Source: Proteromonas lacertae
Taxonomy: Eukaryota
Direction of reading: 5' to 3'
Assembly: GCA_002245135.1 (NCBI GenBank)
Contig: NGBS01000323.1
Coordinates: forward strand, 55,571 to 75,570
Length of the DNA stretch: 20,000 nt
Shown here: positions 1-11,903 of the stretch, piece after piece
Layout of the letters: each line of letters opens with the position of its first letter
How positions within the stretch are numbered: position 1 is the stretch's first letter
Notes under the pieces: generated by a model
What the model was told of the DNA's origin: nothing
The model's input: only the letters and a program-made list of their open reading frames with translations
The model's database searches: none
Translations under genes and position numbers: made by a program

Positions 1-18
1 TAATATATATATATATAC

Positions 19-3000
19 CTTTGACATAACCAAACTAATACTTCCTCTTAAAGCACCTGAATTCTGTGCAATACAATAATTCACACATGTTAATGCTTCC
101 ATTGAACTACCATATACTACTACATAACCACCATTATCTATTATATCATTAATATATTCACCAGCTTTACCTACACTCTCTCTACCACCAGCAAATAAGA
201 CTTGAGGTGGAATTGGACCAACTTTTTCTAGAAATTTCTTAGTACTGTCTTGTAAACCAGGTGTTAATACCAATGAATCATACGGAATAACTTTCTCATT
301 ATCTAATATTGCACATTTATTTTCTCTATCTAAATCTACTACATAGTTATTGACTATCTTTACTCTGCTTTCAAATCCTTTTAAATGTAAATCTTGTGAT
401 GTATAACATGAATCTCTTTGTGCAATACTATCAACATCTTGATAAGGTAATCCTAATGGTGAAACTAATATAATATTGGTGAAGAATAAGTATGGAATAA
501 ATATTAGATTTTCTATTGCACTTAAACCGCAATCTGAAGCACCGACTACTACAATTCTGTGGTTTAATTTGATTCTTGGTTCTGTGAGATATTTGTATGG
601 TAAAATAGATAATGCAAATATTGAATTTAGTGTAAGATTTTCCATTGATTTTCTAGATCTAGGCTTGACTTGAATAAACTCTTCAATAATAGTAGAGAAT
701 ATTCTATCAGGGTAGATTCTATAATATAATAATTCCTTCTGATAATATCTCATTACTTCTTGCAAACAGAATCTACTAGCTGGTATAAACAATGGATTAA
801 TAACAAAATGTAAAACAGTAGCTTGATTCTTTGATAAATACTCTTTTATATCACAATAATCTTCAACAGCAAAATTGTTACAAGTCCAAGTAACTAACTG
901 ACGAGTAGTGTATTCTCTTGTACAAATAGTCAAACCTACGATTTGTTCTTGGTAGATAAACGCAAATGCAGCTTGTTCAGGATTATTTTCTATTGGTTCA
1001 TTGTATATTTGTAAAACATGTTGTAATGACTGCAATATTTCATCTTTATTATTTACATTACTTAATATATTCTTTATTCTAGGAACATCATCTAATACAA
1101 TTTGTCTAAGTGTCAAATCTCTCATTGCACTGAGTGTATTTCTATGTATTATATATAAATTATGACTGAATGAATGATCTACTTTATTAGGGACTCTAAT
1201 CATTGATTGTAATAGTGGGAATGGTCTTGCTGATGGTGGCATTGTTAATATTAAATAATCCATATTAGGGAAACATTCAAAGGCAGAATCTAAGAAATCA
1301 ATTGATCTACTTTGGAAGCTTTCATCTACGCAGAATAATGTAACTCCAAATGCATTGGGTCTGGTTGGAATTGTGACTGGAGTTGCTTTCAATATTTCTA
1401 TTTCTCGAACTTTCTTTTTGTAGTTTGTATCAAATATTAATTTTTCCACTGCAGTGTAAACTGTATCAATTGTTCCAGTACCATCAACAACGGTAATTGG
1501 TAATCCATTTTCTATTTCTTCAATATGTTCTCGATATAATGATAATTGTACTGCCAATGTTGCTTCTGAATCTTCATCATTCATTTCACATCGATCAGAT
1601 ATCTCAGCTGGAGGTGGATTGAAGTCTTTATGATATATTTCACCTGTAACTGTATCATATAATCTACCTTGCATGTGTTCTATTCCACAGGTTTCATCAG
1701 TTTCTATTAATATAACAAAAGTTGGAGTATTTCCACTATCACATAACATTTTATAATCACTTACTGTTTTGATCATTCCATCTAAGATATAACCACTTTC
1801 ATTAATATCAAATCCCTTTAATTTCTCAATGGCTAATTTGATGAGTAGTTCGTGTGGGACTTTTTGACCACTTTGACTGAATTCTCTAATTGCTTGAACT
1901 TCTGGACATCTCATTGTATTGATTTGTTCCATTAATATTTCTGGTGATATTATCTTATATCCATATCGCTTTGCTAATAATCTGGCTTGGGTTGTCAAAC
2001 CTGAACAAGGAGGACCAATTAATGCGATTTTTTGACCACGGAAACTATTTTATATAATATAAATAGTGATATATACAAGGGATTTACTTTATAATCATAT
2101 TCTTGATATAAATCTGCTAGTAATTTCTTATTAATTTTCTGATTGTTTGGATCATCTTCGCTGAGTTGTGGCAATGCTTTGAAATTAAGACAATATCTAA
2201 TATCTTCTTCTAAATTGCCATCATAATCATATAAATTTGGATTTCCTCCTTTCTCTGTTTCTGCTGCTTTTAATTGTCTTAAATATATATTCAATTTTTG
2301 GAAAAAACTTCTTACATCTGTTTCGTATAGTTTTTCTTCTTCATTTCCGGCATTTTTCTTATCTTTCTTACTTTCCTTCTTAGCTTCAGCTGCTGCATCA
2401 TCTGGACAACATAATGCTAGAATAGTTGTGAAAATATGATATCTATCTTCCAATTCGCCATCTCTCATGTACCATTCATAGAATCGATCTAATATGATTC
2501 TATCATTTCTCTCAGCCAATAATGGTTGATACACTTTTTGAAAATCATTGAAAGTGATTTGATTGTCTTTTCCTAAATTCAAAGCACAAATCACATCCAA
2601 GCCAAGCTCGTTTGGTTGAACTTTTGTTGTATATCCCCATTTCTCACCTTTGGCGTTTAAATATTTGTACAAACTATTATATAACTCCTTGGGCATTCCT
2701 TCTTCACGCTTCTTAGGGAAGTCCTTTTGGAATTCTTGCCAATTCTCTTCAATAATTTTTGTCCAATGAACTGGTTTAATTACTTCTTCTTTAATGATTT
2801 CCTATTCATATGTATAAATTATGATATAATATATACATCTAATTCTTTTACTAAATTATCATAAGGTTCTAATTGGAAAGACTCTTGTAATACCTTTAAA
2901 TCAATTTCAGTGGATATTGCCATTATACCAACTGCTACTTTTTTGGGATTTAATCCAACCAATACTTTGTTATTATCATCAACACCATAAATCACATCAG

Positions 3001-3664
3001 CCAAGAAGAAATCACCATAAATACTACGTAATACTTCTGATTGACTTTCAAATATTGGTACTAAATCATCATGATCTTGAATTCTAGCTGGTCTGATTAA
3101 TAAATTAGGAATTAAGGTTTCTCTTGGAAATATGTATACTGATGGTTCTAAAGCAAGTTCTTCACTACCATCTTCTTGTGACATTATTTTTTTCTCTCTT
3201 TCTTCTTCTTCTTCTGTTAATGGTGGCAATATAAACATTGAAGATAATGGTTTATAAAGTAATACACCATCTGGCTTATATAACATGCATACATCAATTA
3301 ATGGTAAGATACCAAAGGCAGATGTTAATATTTGTTTTAATGCTTCTGTATCATACAATTCTGCAGCCACAAAATATGATAACCATAAAGTAGACGATAC
3401 CATAAATTCAGGATATGCATAATGACTATCAAACCATCCTACGAAATTATCATTGTATCTTTCAGGAGGTTCATTTTTGAATGCAGCGAATGCAACTAGA
3501 TCGTCCTCAGCAGTGACAGCTACAACTGACAATATACTGTGTTCCAGAATCGATAGAACGGGATTATCACCAAACACAGCTGAACTTTCTGCTCTCTGAG
3601 AATTGATTAACTTTTTAATATCGCTTAGATCATTAACATCAGCTCTTCTCACAAGCAAATCCAT
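19..3664 (-). CDS. CFAP61: Cilia- and flagella-associated protein 61 (CFAP61/FAP61) homologue with an internal adenylate-kinase-like insertion; continues beyond the window start
   Basis: Exons 3664-2837, 2801-2077, 2044-19. GT-AG introns 2802-2836 (35 nt) and 2045-2076 (32 nt) restore one frame, and another donor lies at 18. The last exon (675 open codons) is missing from the ORF track. CFAP61-like motifs: N-terminal 'VRRADVNDLSDI', 'IRPARIQDHDDLVPIF', 'FQLEPYDNL', 'NAFGVTLFCVDESFQSRSIDFL..AFECFPNMDYLILTMP', 'LHFVINPLF', 'EEFIQVKPR', Rossmann-like 'NHRIVVVGASDCGLSAIENL', 'IPYDSLVLTPGLQ'. Confidence 0.9.
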
Positions 3665-3816
3665 CTATCAAAACGATTTTTAAAAAAACCACTTATATCA
3701 AGCTTTACATTCAAGCTCAATGACTTTCGAAAATATTTTTTCATTCACCCCAAAATTAAAAACTTTAAAAATTTCACACATATATAAATATACACATATA
3801 GAAAAACAAATAAATA

Positions 3817-5265
3817 TCACTTGCTTGGATCTCCATTCGAAGAAGATCGATTATTATGAAAGAGACTACTCTCACTCGAATGATCGTTATTATTCTTCTT
3901 ATTGATAGTATTATTAGTAATAGATGTTTTTACATTGTTCGTACTACCTAATATACCTTTATTACTATATATTCTTTTCATATTATTGAATGTATCCCTA
4001 CCAGATCCTTTCGATCCACCTCTTGTAGTAGTATGTCTACTGGGAGTGTTGATATAACATGAATCTAAGCATTGATTGGCTGTAGTATTACTCTGAATAG
4101 CTCTGTCTAGATTAGTATCACTTTCTGCAGTGAATTTAGCTAATATACAGTATCGATTCTCTAAATATTTATCTTGTTTTTTATTATGATCTCTTAATGG
4201 CAAATTCTTCATTTTTCTACATCTACAGGTTTTAGTAGATCGAAATTCTTGTAAATCACATCTTAGCTTATACAGCTGTATAAAAGGTCTTATATCCATT
4301 TGCATAGGGTTATTTATACTAGTTGATTGTTGTAGTGATGGAATACTAGCATAAAACCATTCTTGTAACGAACTTTGAAATTTAATTGGCTCTTCTATTA
4401 CTTCTGGAAAATCATGACAAAATTTGTAAAAACCTATTCTACTTAGAACGGTATTACTTTCATCATCTTCATATATTTCCACTAACTCTTTATAATTTGA
4501 TGGAAAACCAGGTGGAAATTCTTTTTTTCTATTACTTAGATTTTCTATTATTATTTTATAACTATTTATATTAATTTGATTGGTGGCTTCTTCATCAAAT
4601 AAATTAAAAATTACTATTAAAATAATAATATATAATATATACAATCTAACATTTGTTGTGGTCGAAGATGTATAAACATCATAGTAATTAGAAAAAATTC
4701 ATTATAATTTATTCTTTCAACTATATTTATATCATACAATAACCATATAAAATGAATATAAGGAGGATGTAATATATCACCAAATACTCCAACTAAATCT
4801 GATTCATATAAATAACTTGAAAAAATGGATTTAATTGAATCATATAACAGTCGGATTGGATATATATAAGTATCTGGTAGTAAGGATGTATCTATAAATT
4901 GAAGGGTCTCTTGAGATAGTTCAGCTTTTACTGCACTAGAGAAGGGATGAAAAAATTTATTGATGCTGTGTTTAACATGCATCTATAGATAAATAAATGT
5001 ATAATATACGAATGGAATATCTAATGGTGGTACTGTAATCTCATATTTACTTTGGAAAGTTACATGTTCATTTACTTCTAAGAATAAAAAATCAATTAAT
5101 CATACCTGCCTTTGATTTCCTCACTGTCTGATCATTTGCTAGATTAGTTGCAGAATTTGACCTACTTGCATATTCAGATGGCATTGAGGCAGAAAAACAC
5201 TCACTTTCCATTTGCTATTGAATTATATACAATAAGAAAAATACATTTCCATAGGTATTATACAT
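3817..5265 (-). CDS. Hypothetical protein with degenerate EF-hand pair (calcineurin-B/calaxin-like region) and low-complexity C-terminus
   Basis: Exons 5265-5245, 5214-5106, 5077-5010, 4982-4643, 4613-3817. GT-AG introns of 30, 28, 27 and 29 nt all give consistent phase. EF-hand-like segments 'IWLLYDINIVERINYNEFF' and 'IFNLFDEEATNQININSY', followed by 'FYKFCHDFPEVIEEPIKFQSSLQ'. Confidence 0.65.
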
Positions 5266-5472
5266 TTCTAAACCTCAATTTTAAAACAAACTGATCTGAA
5301 ACGAATATCAAAAAATATATGGGTTTTTATACTAACGATAATATTTTCAAAAACTGAAGAAGAAAACCTTTAACCGAACAGAAGCTTGTCTCATTCAAAT
5401 CACCTCTTTTTAAAATTCATTAGCGCCATCTAATAACAGCAAGATTCTGATTTTATAAATTTTCATTGAAGC

Positions 5473-7059
5473 ATGCCAAAGGGTACCAAAAGGAAGTCTG
5501 ATGATATAGATAATACAACAGTCATTCCTTCTTACACACCATATATAACTAATGAAGAGCATTCTAAATCTAATTCTAATGAAGCAATATTGGATACAGT
5601 CATTTGGAAAGAATCTCCCGGTTCTCAAAGAACATTTTCGCACATATCGTATAATTACAATATTATGATGAATATAGAAAAGATAATATAGATGAGGGAT
5701 TGTCAAAATTACAGAATCTAAAGAAGAAACTATACGCAATAGCTCCTAACCCATCTGACCCAGTTTCACCTCCTCCTGTTGCATTTAGCCTTGGCAATGA
5801 AGATGCATTTTATTTAGGAAGTCAAACAGATGATATGAATGAAATTGTATCAGCTGCCTTTAAAAGTCCAAATGAGAAGAATAAATCAAAAATACAACAA
5901 CAACAAACACCTACAAATGTACAATCTACAGTAATATCACCGATTCAATCAAAACCAATACAAAAACAAGAATCTTTTAACAAAACAACAAATTATCTTC
6001 AATCGAGTATAGTCAAAACAAAAACAATTAATAATAATAATAATAATAATATTCCATCATATAATCCATTAAAGAAAGTAGATACAAATAGAATGAATAA
6101 ACAGGTGAAGAATAACTCCATAAATAAAACACCAATATCAAAATATCAACAGCAACAACAGCAACAACCGCAAAAACAACAACAAAATATAACTACACCA
6201 TCACCACCTCCTCCTCCAATATTATCTAAATCAGCATCATTACAATTAATCAAACCACTCAAGCCAAATACCGTAATTAACAGTAGTAATATATCTAAAT
6301 CTAATAGTAACAGTATGACTTCTATTGATTTAGATGATGAAGATATAGATTGGGCTGTAATTGATTTGATCGAATCTTCTCAAAATAGTACATCTAATTC
6401 ATGTTCAAATCCACCAACTACCACTACTACCACTAATAATAATAATGAGAATAATGGTAAAGTTAGACATTTTTCAATGATTAATGAAATGAAACAAATA
6501 CCATCTAATACACATAATACAAGTACAAGTACAAGTACAGTTAATACAGTGTCTTCTCCACCTAGGAAGACAATGAGATTGAATAGCAATAATCCAATTA
6601 GTCCAAGTAAAACATTACCAATTAAATACAATAATAAACCAAATCAATTAAAACAAACTTCATCTTTACCACCATCTAAATCTATATCTAATAATAACAA
6701 TAATATTAAACCAATTAATCATTCATTAGTAATCAATACAATCAATAAAGGTATTAATAAAATACATTCTCCCATTATTAATACATCAATATTGACAACT
6801 ACGCCAATAAACATACAACAGCAACAGCAACAGCAACATTCATGTAATAATAATTCGTTTATTATTCCACCAACAACTACAATGCCATCCTCTACATTAT
6901 ATTCATCATCAACATTTATATCCAAATCACCTATCAATTTCCCTAATAATGATAAAGATGAGAATGAAGATGATAGTCTAACATTTGATGAGAGATATGT
7001 TAATTGGGATGAAATAGAGAATATGGAACAATTATCTCAATCACAACAACAACAACAAC

Positions 7060-7101
<42 letters not shown>

Positions 7102-10100
7102 TAATGGTATTTCCAGTAGAAGTTGAATATAATAATAATATCAACTTACAACAAACTCCAATTGATTTAGATCAAATTAAAAGAAAAGATTTAAACTATT
7201 ATATTGATAATAAGAACAATCAATATAATGTACCAACAGATAGTAAGTTATGGACTAATACTTCAACGCCGTTAACATCAGTATTAATCAACAAGAATAA
7301 TAATAATAAAGAAAAAGATAAAGAAATATTTATAATAAAATATATGCAATTAAAAATAATCAATATAAAAGAAACAGATAAACCATTAAAAGGATTGATA
7401 CTAGAGACACTACATCTAGTTACAAATCAAAATATAGTCGTTTTATTAACGGATATATGGATGAATTATAAACCCTCTAAAAACACAATAATCAATATAA
7501 TACAAGACTATGCAAATCCACCTATATATTACAGTAATATTGATATAGTCGTTTCAAATACACAACATTGGTTAATTATTAATCCAATGAGATTTATCAG
7601 TTGTACAACAATCTCCACTTCATTTAGTTGTATTAGAAAAACAGTTTTAGATGACTATTTCTCTACAAATATTCAAACTAAAGCTATGATTTATGGATCA
7701 ATAAAACATGATTTATTTGAATATGCTATAACTAATCATATTACAGATGATAATGAGTTAATGATATTTATAACAAACATTATACCTCGTTATTATGACA
7801 ATATGATTCAAGCAAATATGACAATTGAAGATATAAACTCATTGAAATATATAACAAATTGTGTAAAGAATTATATTCAAACATATACTACAACCAATGG
7901 AGGACCTTTACCATTTAATAATAAAATATATAATTTAAAAATTGAAGATATAATCTCAACAGAAGATCAAATATTTTCACCAATTTGGGGAATTAAAGGA
8001 ATTATTGATATAGTAACAAGAAGCTAAGATTAAACAATAATAGTAATAATAGTAATATAATATTTCCATTAGAATTAAAAACAGGTAAAAAGAATCAATA
8101 TACATCTGTTTCACATAATGCTCAATTATTGTTATATTCATTATTATTATCTGAAGTATATGGAACATTTCCATTTATTAACTCTTTACCATGTGGTTCT
8201 TTAGTGTATTTATCATCTCAAGTTGAATATAATGAAATGAAGAAATTGAATAATGTTAAGAAAGAAAGTGAAGGATATGTTACTGAAGGAATTAATACAA
8301 TGAAGTTTGAATTGAAGAATATTGTTAACCAGAGGAATATATTGTCAGAGTATTCAATAGATAAATGTAAATCAAATGATATAGATATAGAAGATTTATA
8401 TAAAGTATATTATTATATTTTCACACTATTTTTTTCCACTTTATTTCTATTATTATTTTTTTATAGTTACCTGAAATGTGTGGTAATAATTTTCAATGTT
8501 CAAAGTGTTTTAATCAAAATATATGTATGTTAATGCAATATTGTTTCGATAAAATCTCTTATCCAGTTCCAAAAGATTGTCAATCAATCTACAACAATTA
8601 TATAGAAAATATACCATTAAATACAATCAAATATCTCAATAAATGGTTGGAATTGTTATTCTACGAATTAATCGATTCTCATCACTCCTCCTATTATGAT
8701 ATAAAAACAACTAAAAGTAGTGAGAGAGAAAAGATAGGAAAATGTATTGGTCGTTTAATCTATAATCATAGTGAAGTAAAAAGTTGTACTTCCTTTTTAA
8801 TACACTTCAAACATAATCCAAAATATACATTTCCATTAACTTCAAATGGACTAGATGTGAGTGATTATATTGTATTATCAATTGAAGATAAAAGAATCTG
8901 TTTATTGAAAGGTTATATTTATAATATAGATATAGAAAGCAATGAGATTGTAATAGAATCTGATTCTACTATTAATTCAATAATTACATCAAATACAATG
9001 ATTGAATATAGAATAGATTCAATCAATAACTCTGTCATAAACTATACAAGATCACTTCATAATATATTCACTCTTTTAATACCACATCAAAATAATAATA
9101 ATAATGAAATAGTAGAAAAAGAAAGAGAAAATCATCGAAGTTCAACTATGTAATATAATAATAGACGGACAATATAAATTCACACCGTTATTGAATGAGA
9201 ATGAAAGTTTATCTTTTCCTTGGAACAAATCTCCTTATAGAGATAATAAATATATTGAATTAATACAAGAATTAAAATCAGAATTCTTTAACTTCAATAT
9301 TGATCAAAGAAAAGCAATTCAAGAAGTGTTTAATGATAAAAACAAATTTACATTAATTCAAGGAATGCCTGGAACTGGTAAAACAACCTGTATTAGCATT
9401 TATTATTAAATGTTATTATTGTATTGGATATAATATATTGATAATGTCTTATACTAACTTGGCTGTTGATAATATATTGCAGAAGATAGTTGATTCTGTT
9501 GAATTAATGAGAATTGGGAATAATATTAATATATTTCCTTCTTTACAGAAATATTCAAATGACACTTTGAAAAATAAATTATCTTATGCTGATTATTTAA
9601 ATAATTATAATAACTGTAGAATAATAGGAACTACATGTTTAAATATCACAAATCCATTGTTACAAAATAGAATATTTGATTTGTGTATTATTGATGAATC
9701 AAGCCAAATCATCGAACCATTAACAATTGGTCCTCTCTTAGTGAGTAAAAGATTTGTTTTAGTTGGAGATCATTATCAATTACCACCACTGGTAATCTCA
9801 GATCGTAGTAAAGAGAAAGGAATGTCAATTTCTCTATTTGAAAGATTATTAAATATATATCCGAAGTGTTTGAATAAACTATCTATTCAATATAGAATGA
9901 ATAAAGATATTATGAAATTATCCAACTATTTGATATATAATAATGAATTGAAATGTATAGATAGTGATGTAAATAATCGATTATTTGTTATACCAAAACC
10001 AGAGTATTTATCTATAAATAATAATAATAATAATAATTGGTTGAAATACATATTATCTTCTGAGAATAGTGTATTGTTTATAAATACAGATACATTAACA

Positions 10101-10656
10101 AAAGATGGAAGTAAATAACTTAGAAAAGAAAGAAATGGGTAAAGGAAAATATAATAATGAAGAAGTATCAATGATTGTCTTGCTATTAGAGAATTTATAT
10201 AAGTGTTCATGTAAATTGAGTGATATTGGTATTATTTCACCCTATTTGTGTCAAATTGAGAAAATTAAAGATAAATTAAAACAAAATGAAATGTATATTA
10301 TTATTTATAATTATTATATAAATAAATAGTGGTAGAAAGATAATAGAAAAAAGACTTGAGATTTCAACAGTTGATAAATATCAAGGAAGAGATAAAGAAA
10401 TGATTATTTTATCATTTGTTAGATCAAATATTGAAGGTCATGTAGGTAAATTGATAAAAGATTGGAGGAGAATTAATGTAGCAATAACTAGAGCAAAATC
10501 AAAATTAATTGTATATTCCATTTATTTATGTTATATGTATAGATAATAGGATCTGAAAAGACAATTGTTAATGACAAGTTGTTGAAGAGTTTTGTTGATT
10601 TTGTGAAGAGTGAAGGATGGTTCTTTTCTCTTCCTGAAAATTGTTTGTCGTTTTAA
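5473..10656 (+). CDS. DNA2: DNA replication ATP-dependent helicase/nuclease DNA2 (four apparent single-base frame breaks in this sequence)
   Basis: Introns 5649-5677, 8405-8466, 10293-10329, 10511-10542. Nuclease motifs '[10 protein letters not shown]', 'YGSIKHDLF', '[16 protein letters not shown]', 'PLELKTGK', '[12 protein letters not shown]'; Fe-S cysteines '[10 protein letters not shown]'. SF1 helicase motifs '[10 protein letters not shown]', '[11 protein letters not shown]', '[11 protein letters not shown]', '[10 protein letters not shown]', 'QYRMN', '[11 protein letters not shown]', '[13 protein letters not shown]'. Frame breaks near 8018, 9139, 9393, 10114. Confidence 0.95.
7044..7100 (+). 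repeat. Coding microsatellite (CAA)5-CAT-(AAT)13 encoding poly-Q/poly-N in the DNA2 N-terminal extension
   Basis: Read directly. Similar shorter CAA/CAG and AAT tracts occur near 6030-6050, 6147-6185 and 6816-6836. Confidence 0.95.
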
Positions 10657-10806
10657 TAATTAATTAGTTATTTATTTTGAATTTTGTTTTTTCTGTGTGT
10701 AATTTGTGTCATTTACCATGTAATTTTGGTAATTTATTCTTATTTCTTCTTGTAGAGTTTTATATCTTTATTTAAGAGTGTTAAGTGAAATAACTTATAT
10801 TAATAG

Positions 10807-11734
10807 ATGTCTGCAAAAAGAAAAAGACCAGAACTTGATGAAATTAATAAAAGAACGAGAGTTTCATCTGATAATTCTATGGATATGTTTTACATTGATG
10901 GTTCTATAGAAGAAGAAATTAATAAATCTGAAGAACCTCCAGATGTTCTTATCTCAATTCAAATGTTGTTCAATACATTTAAAAGGGTATTATATTTATT
11001 TAATATGCTCTATAGACCTTACCAAGACTAAAAATTCCAGTCATTACTTTTTCTCAAGTATTGAGTTGTATAAATGATGCAAACATAGCTCATAGTGAAG
11101 TATAAGCACATTATTATATTTATTTAATAGATGCAAAAGTATTCTCAAAGTGGTTTAATAAAACTAGTTTATTTAGAATGTGATAAATATGGTATTATTT
11201 TAATGAAAGATATTAATGAATTTTGTATTTATACATGTTTATAAAAATACATATTTCTAGTTAAAAGGAGTATATCAAACAAAGAATCAATATAATGAAT
11301 ATTGGATAAAGTATGTAAGACTAATAAGAGAATGTAAAGAATCAATAATTGATTATGATATATTTAAAGAAAGATTAAAATCAATAAATTGGAATTATGA
11401 GGAATTTGTAAAGTTTCAAAAGTATTTAAATGATGATAGTATGTTGAAAGTAGTAGAGAATAACATGGATAGATGTAACATTCCCAGGAGTATTAGTATT
11501 ATTTCTATCATTTAGTATACTGAGTATGTAAAAATGCTTATTGAAGGAAATAATGAAATAATAAAAGTAATAAAAAGGTCTAGATATAAGGAAGTTAATT
11601 TAAAGAGAATAAATGAAACATCTTTTAAAACTACAACATTAATTCCTGATTATCATCTGAGACATTTGGTAGGAAAGAAAGTAATATCAGAAAAAGCAAC
11701 TGGTAAAAGTATCTTAGTAAAATTAGTACAATAG
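10807..11734 (+). CDS. STK19: STK19-like winged-helix protein (two apparent frame breaks)
   Basis: Introns 10987-11015, 11100-11130, 11225-11260, 11490-11515. C-terminus 'FPG|YTEYVKMLIEGNNEIIKVIKRSRYKEV...DYHLRHLVGKKVISEKATGKSILVKL' resembles the STK19 C-terminal pattern (PG..F.K....GR..V...V...KY.E...YHVHDLIG..LV....T..G.LLRL); N-terminal 'PDVLISIQML...IPVITFSQV'. Splice phases fail by 1 nt at 11225 and before 11490. Confidence 0.75.
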
Positions 11735-11903
11735 TTTTTTTCTTATTTTTTTGATTGTTTGATGTTTGCAAATGAAATATGTCATTGTGAATAAGTGTAT
11801 GAAAATGTTATTTGTAGAACCTCTTCTTTATTCTGAGAATAATTTGATTATTGAATATATAGTCGTTTCTGGATTGAAAAGAATCCTTTTTTCTCGCTCC
11901 ACA

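Noticed and set aside
476..673. Short ORFs in the track (476-673, 3720-3905, 4386-4574, 5410-5739, 6380-6631, 6719-6937, 7977-8174, 9926-10210, 12155-12340, 16197-16498, 16622-16810, 17191-17394, 18508-18690)
   Set aside because: They are antisense or off-frame shadows of real exons or of microsatellites (e.g. poly-Cys from CAA/CAG repeats) with no recognisable motifs.
8025..10118. Stop-codon reassignment (TAA read as an amino acid) to explain broken ORFs
   Set aside because: The downstream conserved motifs lie in different frames, so read-through does not rescue them. Long exons elsewhere have no in-frame stops, and genes end in TAA, TAG and TGA.
10111..10123. 13-nt intron GTAAATAACTTAG in DNA2
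   Set aside because: It restores frame but is shorter than any spliceosomal intron I know to be established and removes residues that fit the helicase alignment. A one-base insertion error is simpler, so it is kept only as an alternative.
11766..11903. N-terminal extension of the SMP gene from the TTG/ATG codons at 11766-11806
   Set aside because: It overlaps the GT-rich 3' region of the STK19-like gene. The ATG at 11904, directly before the TM helix, is the more plausible start.
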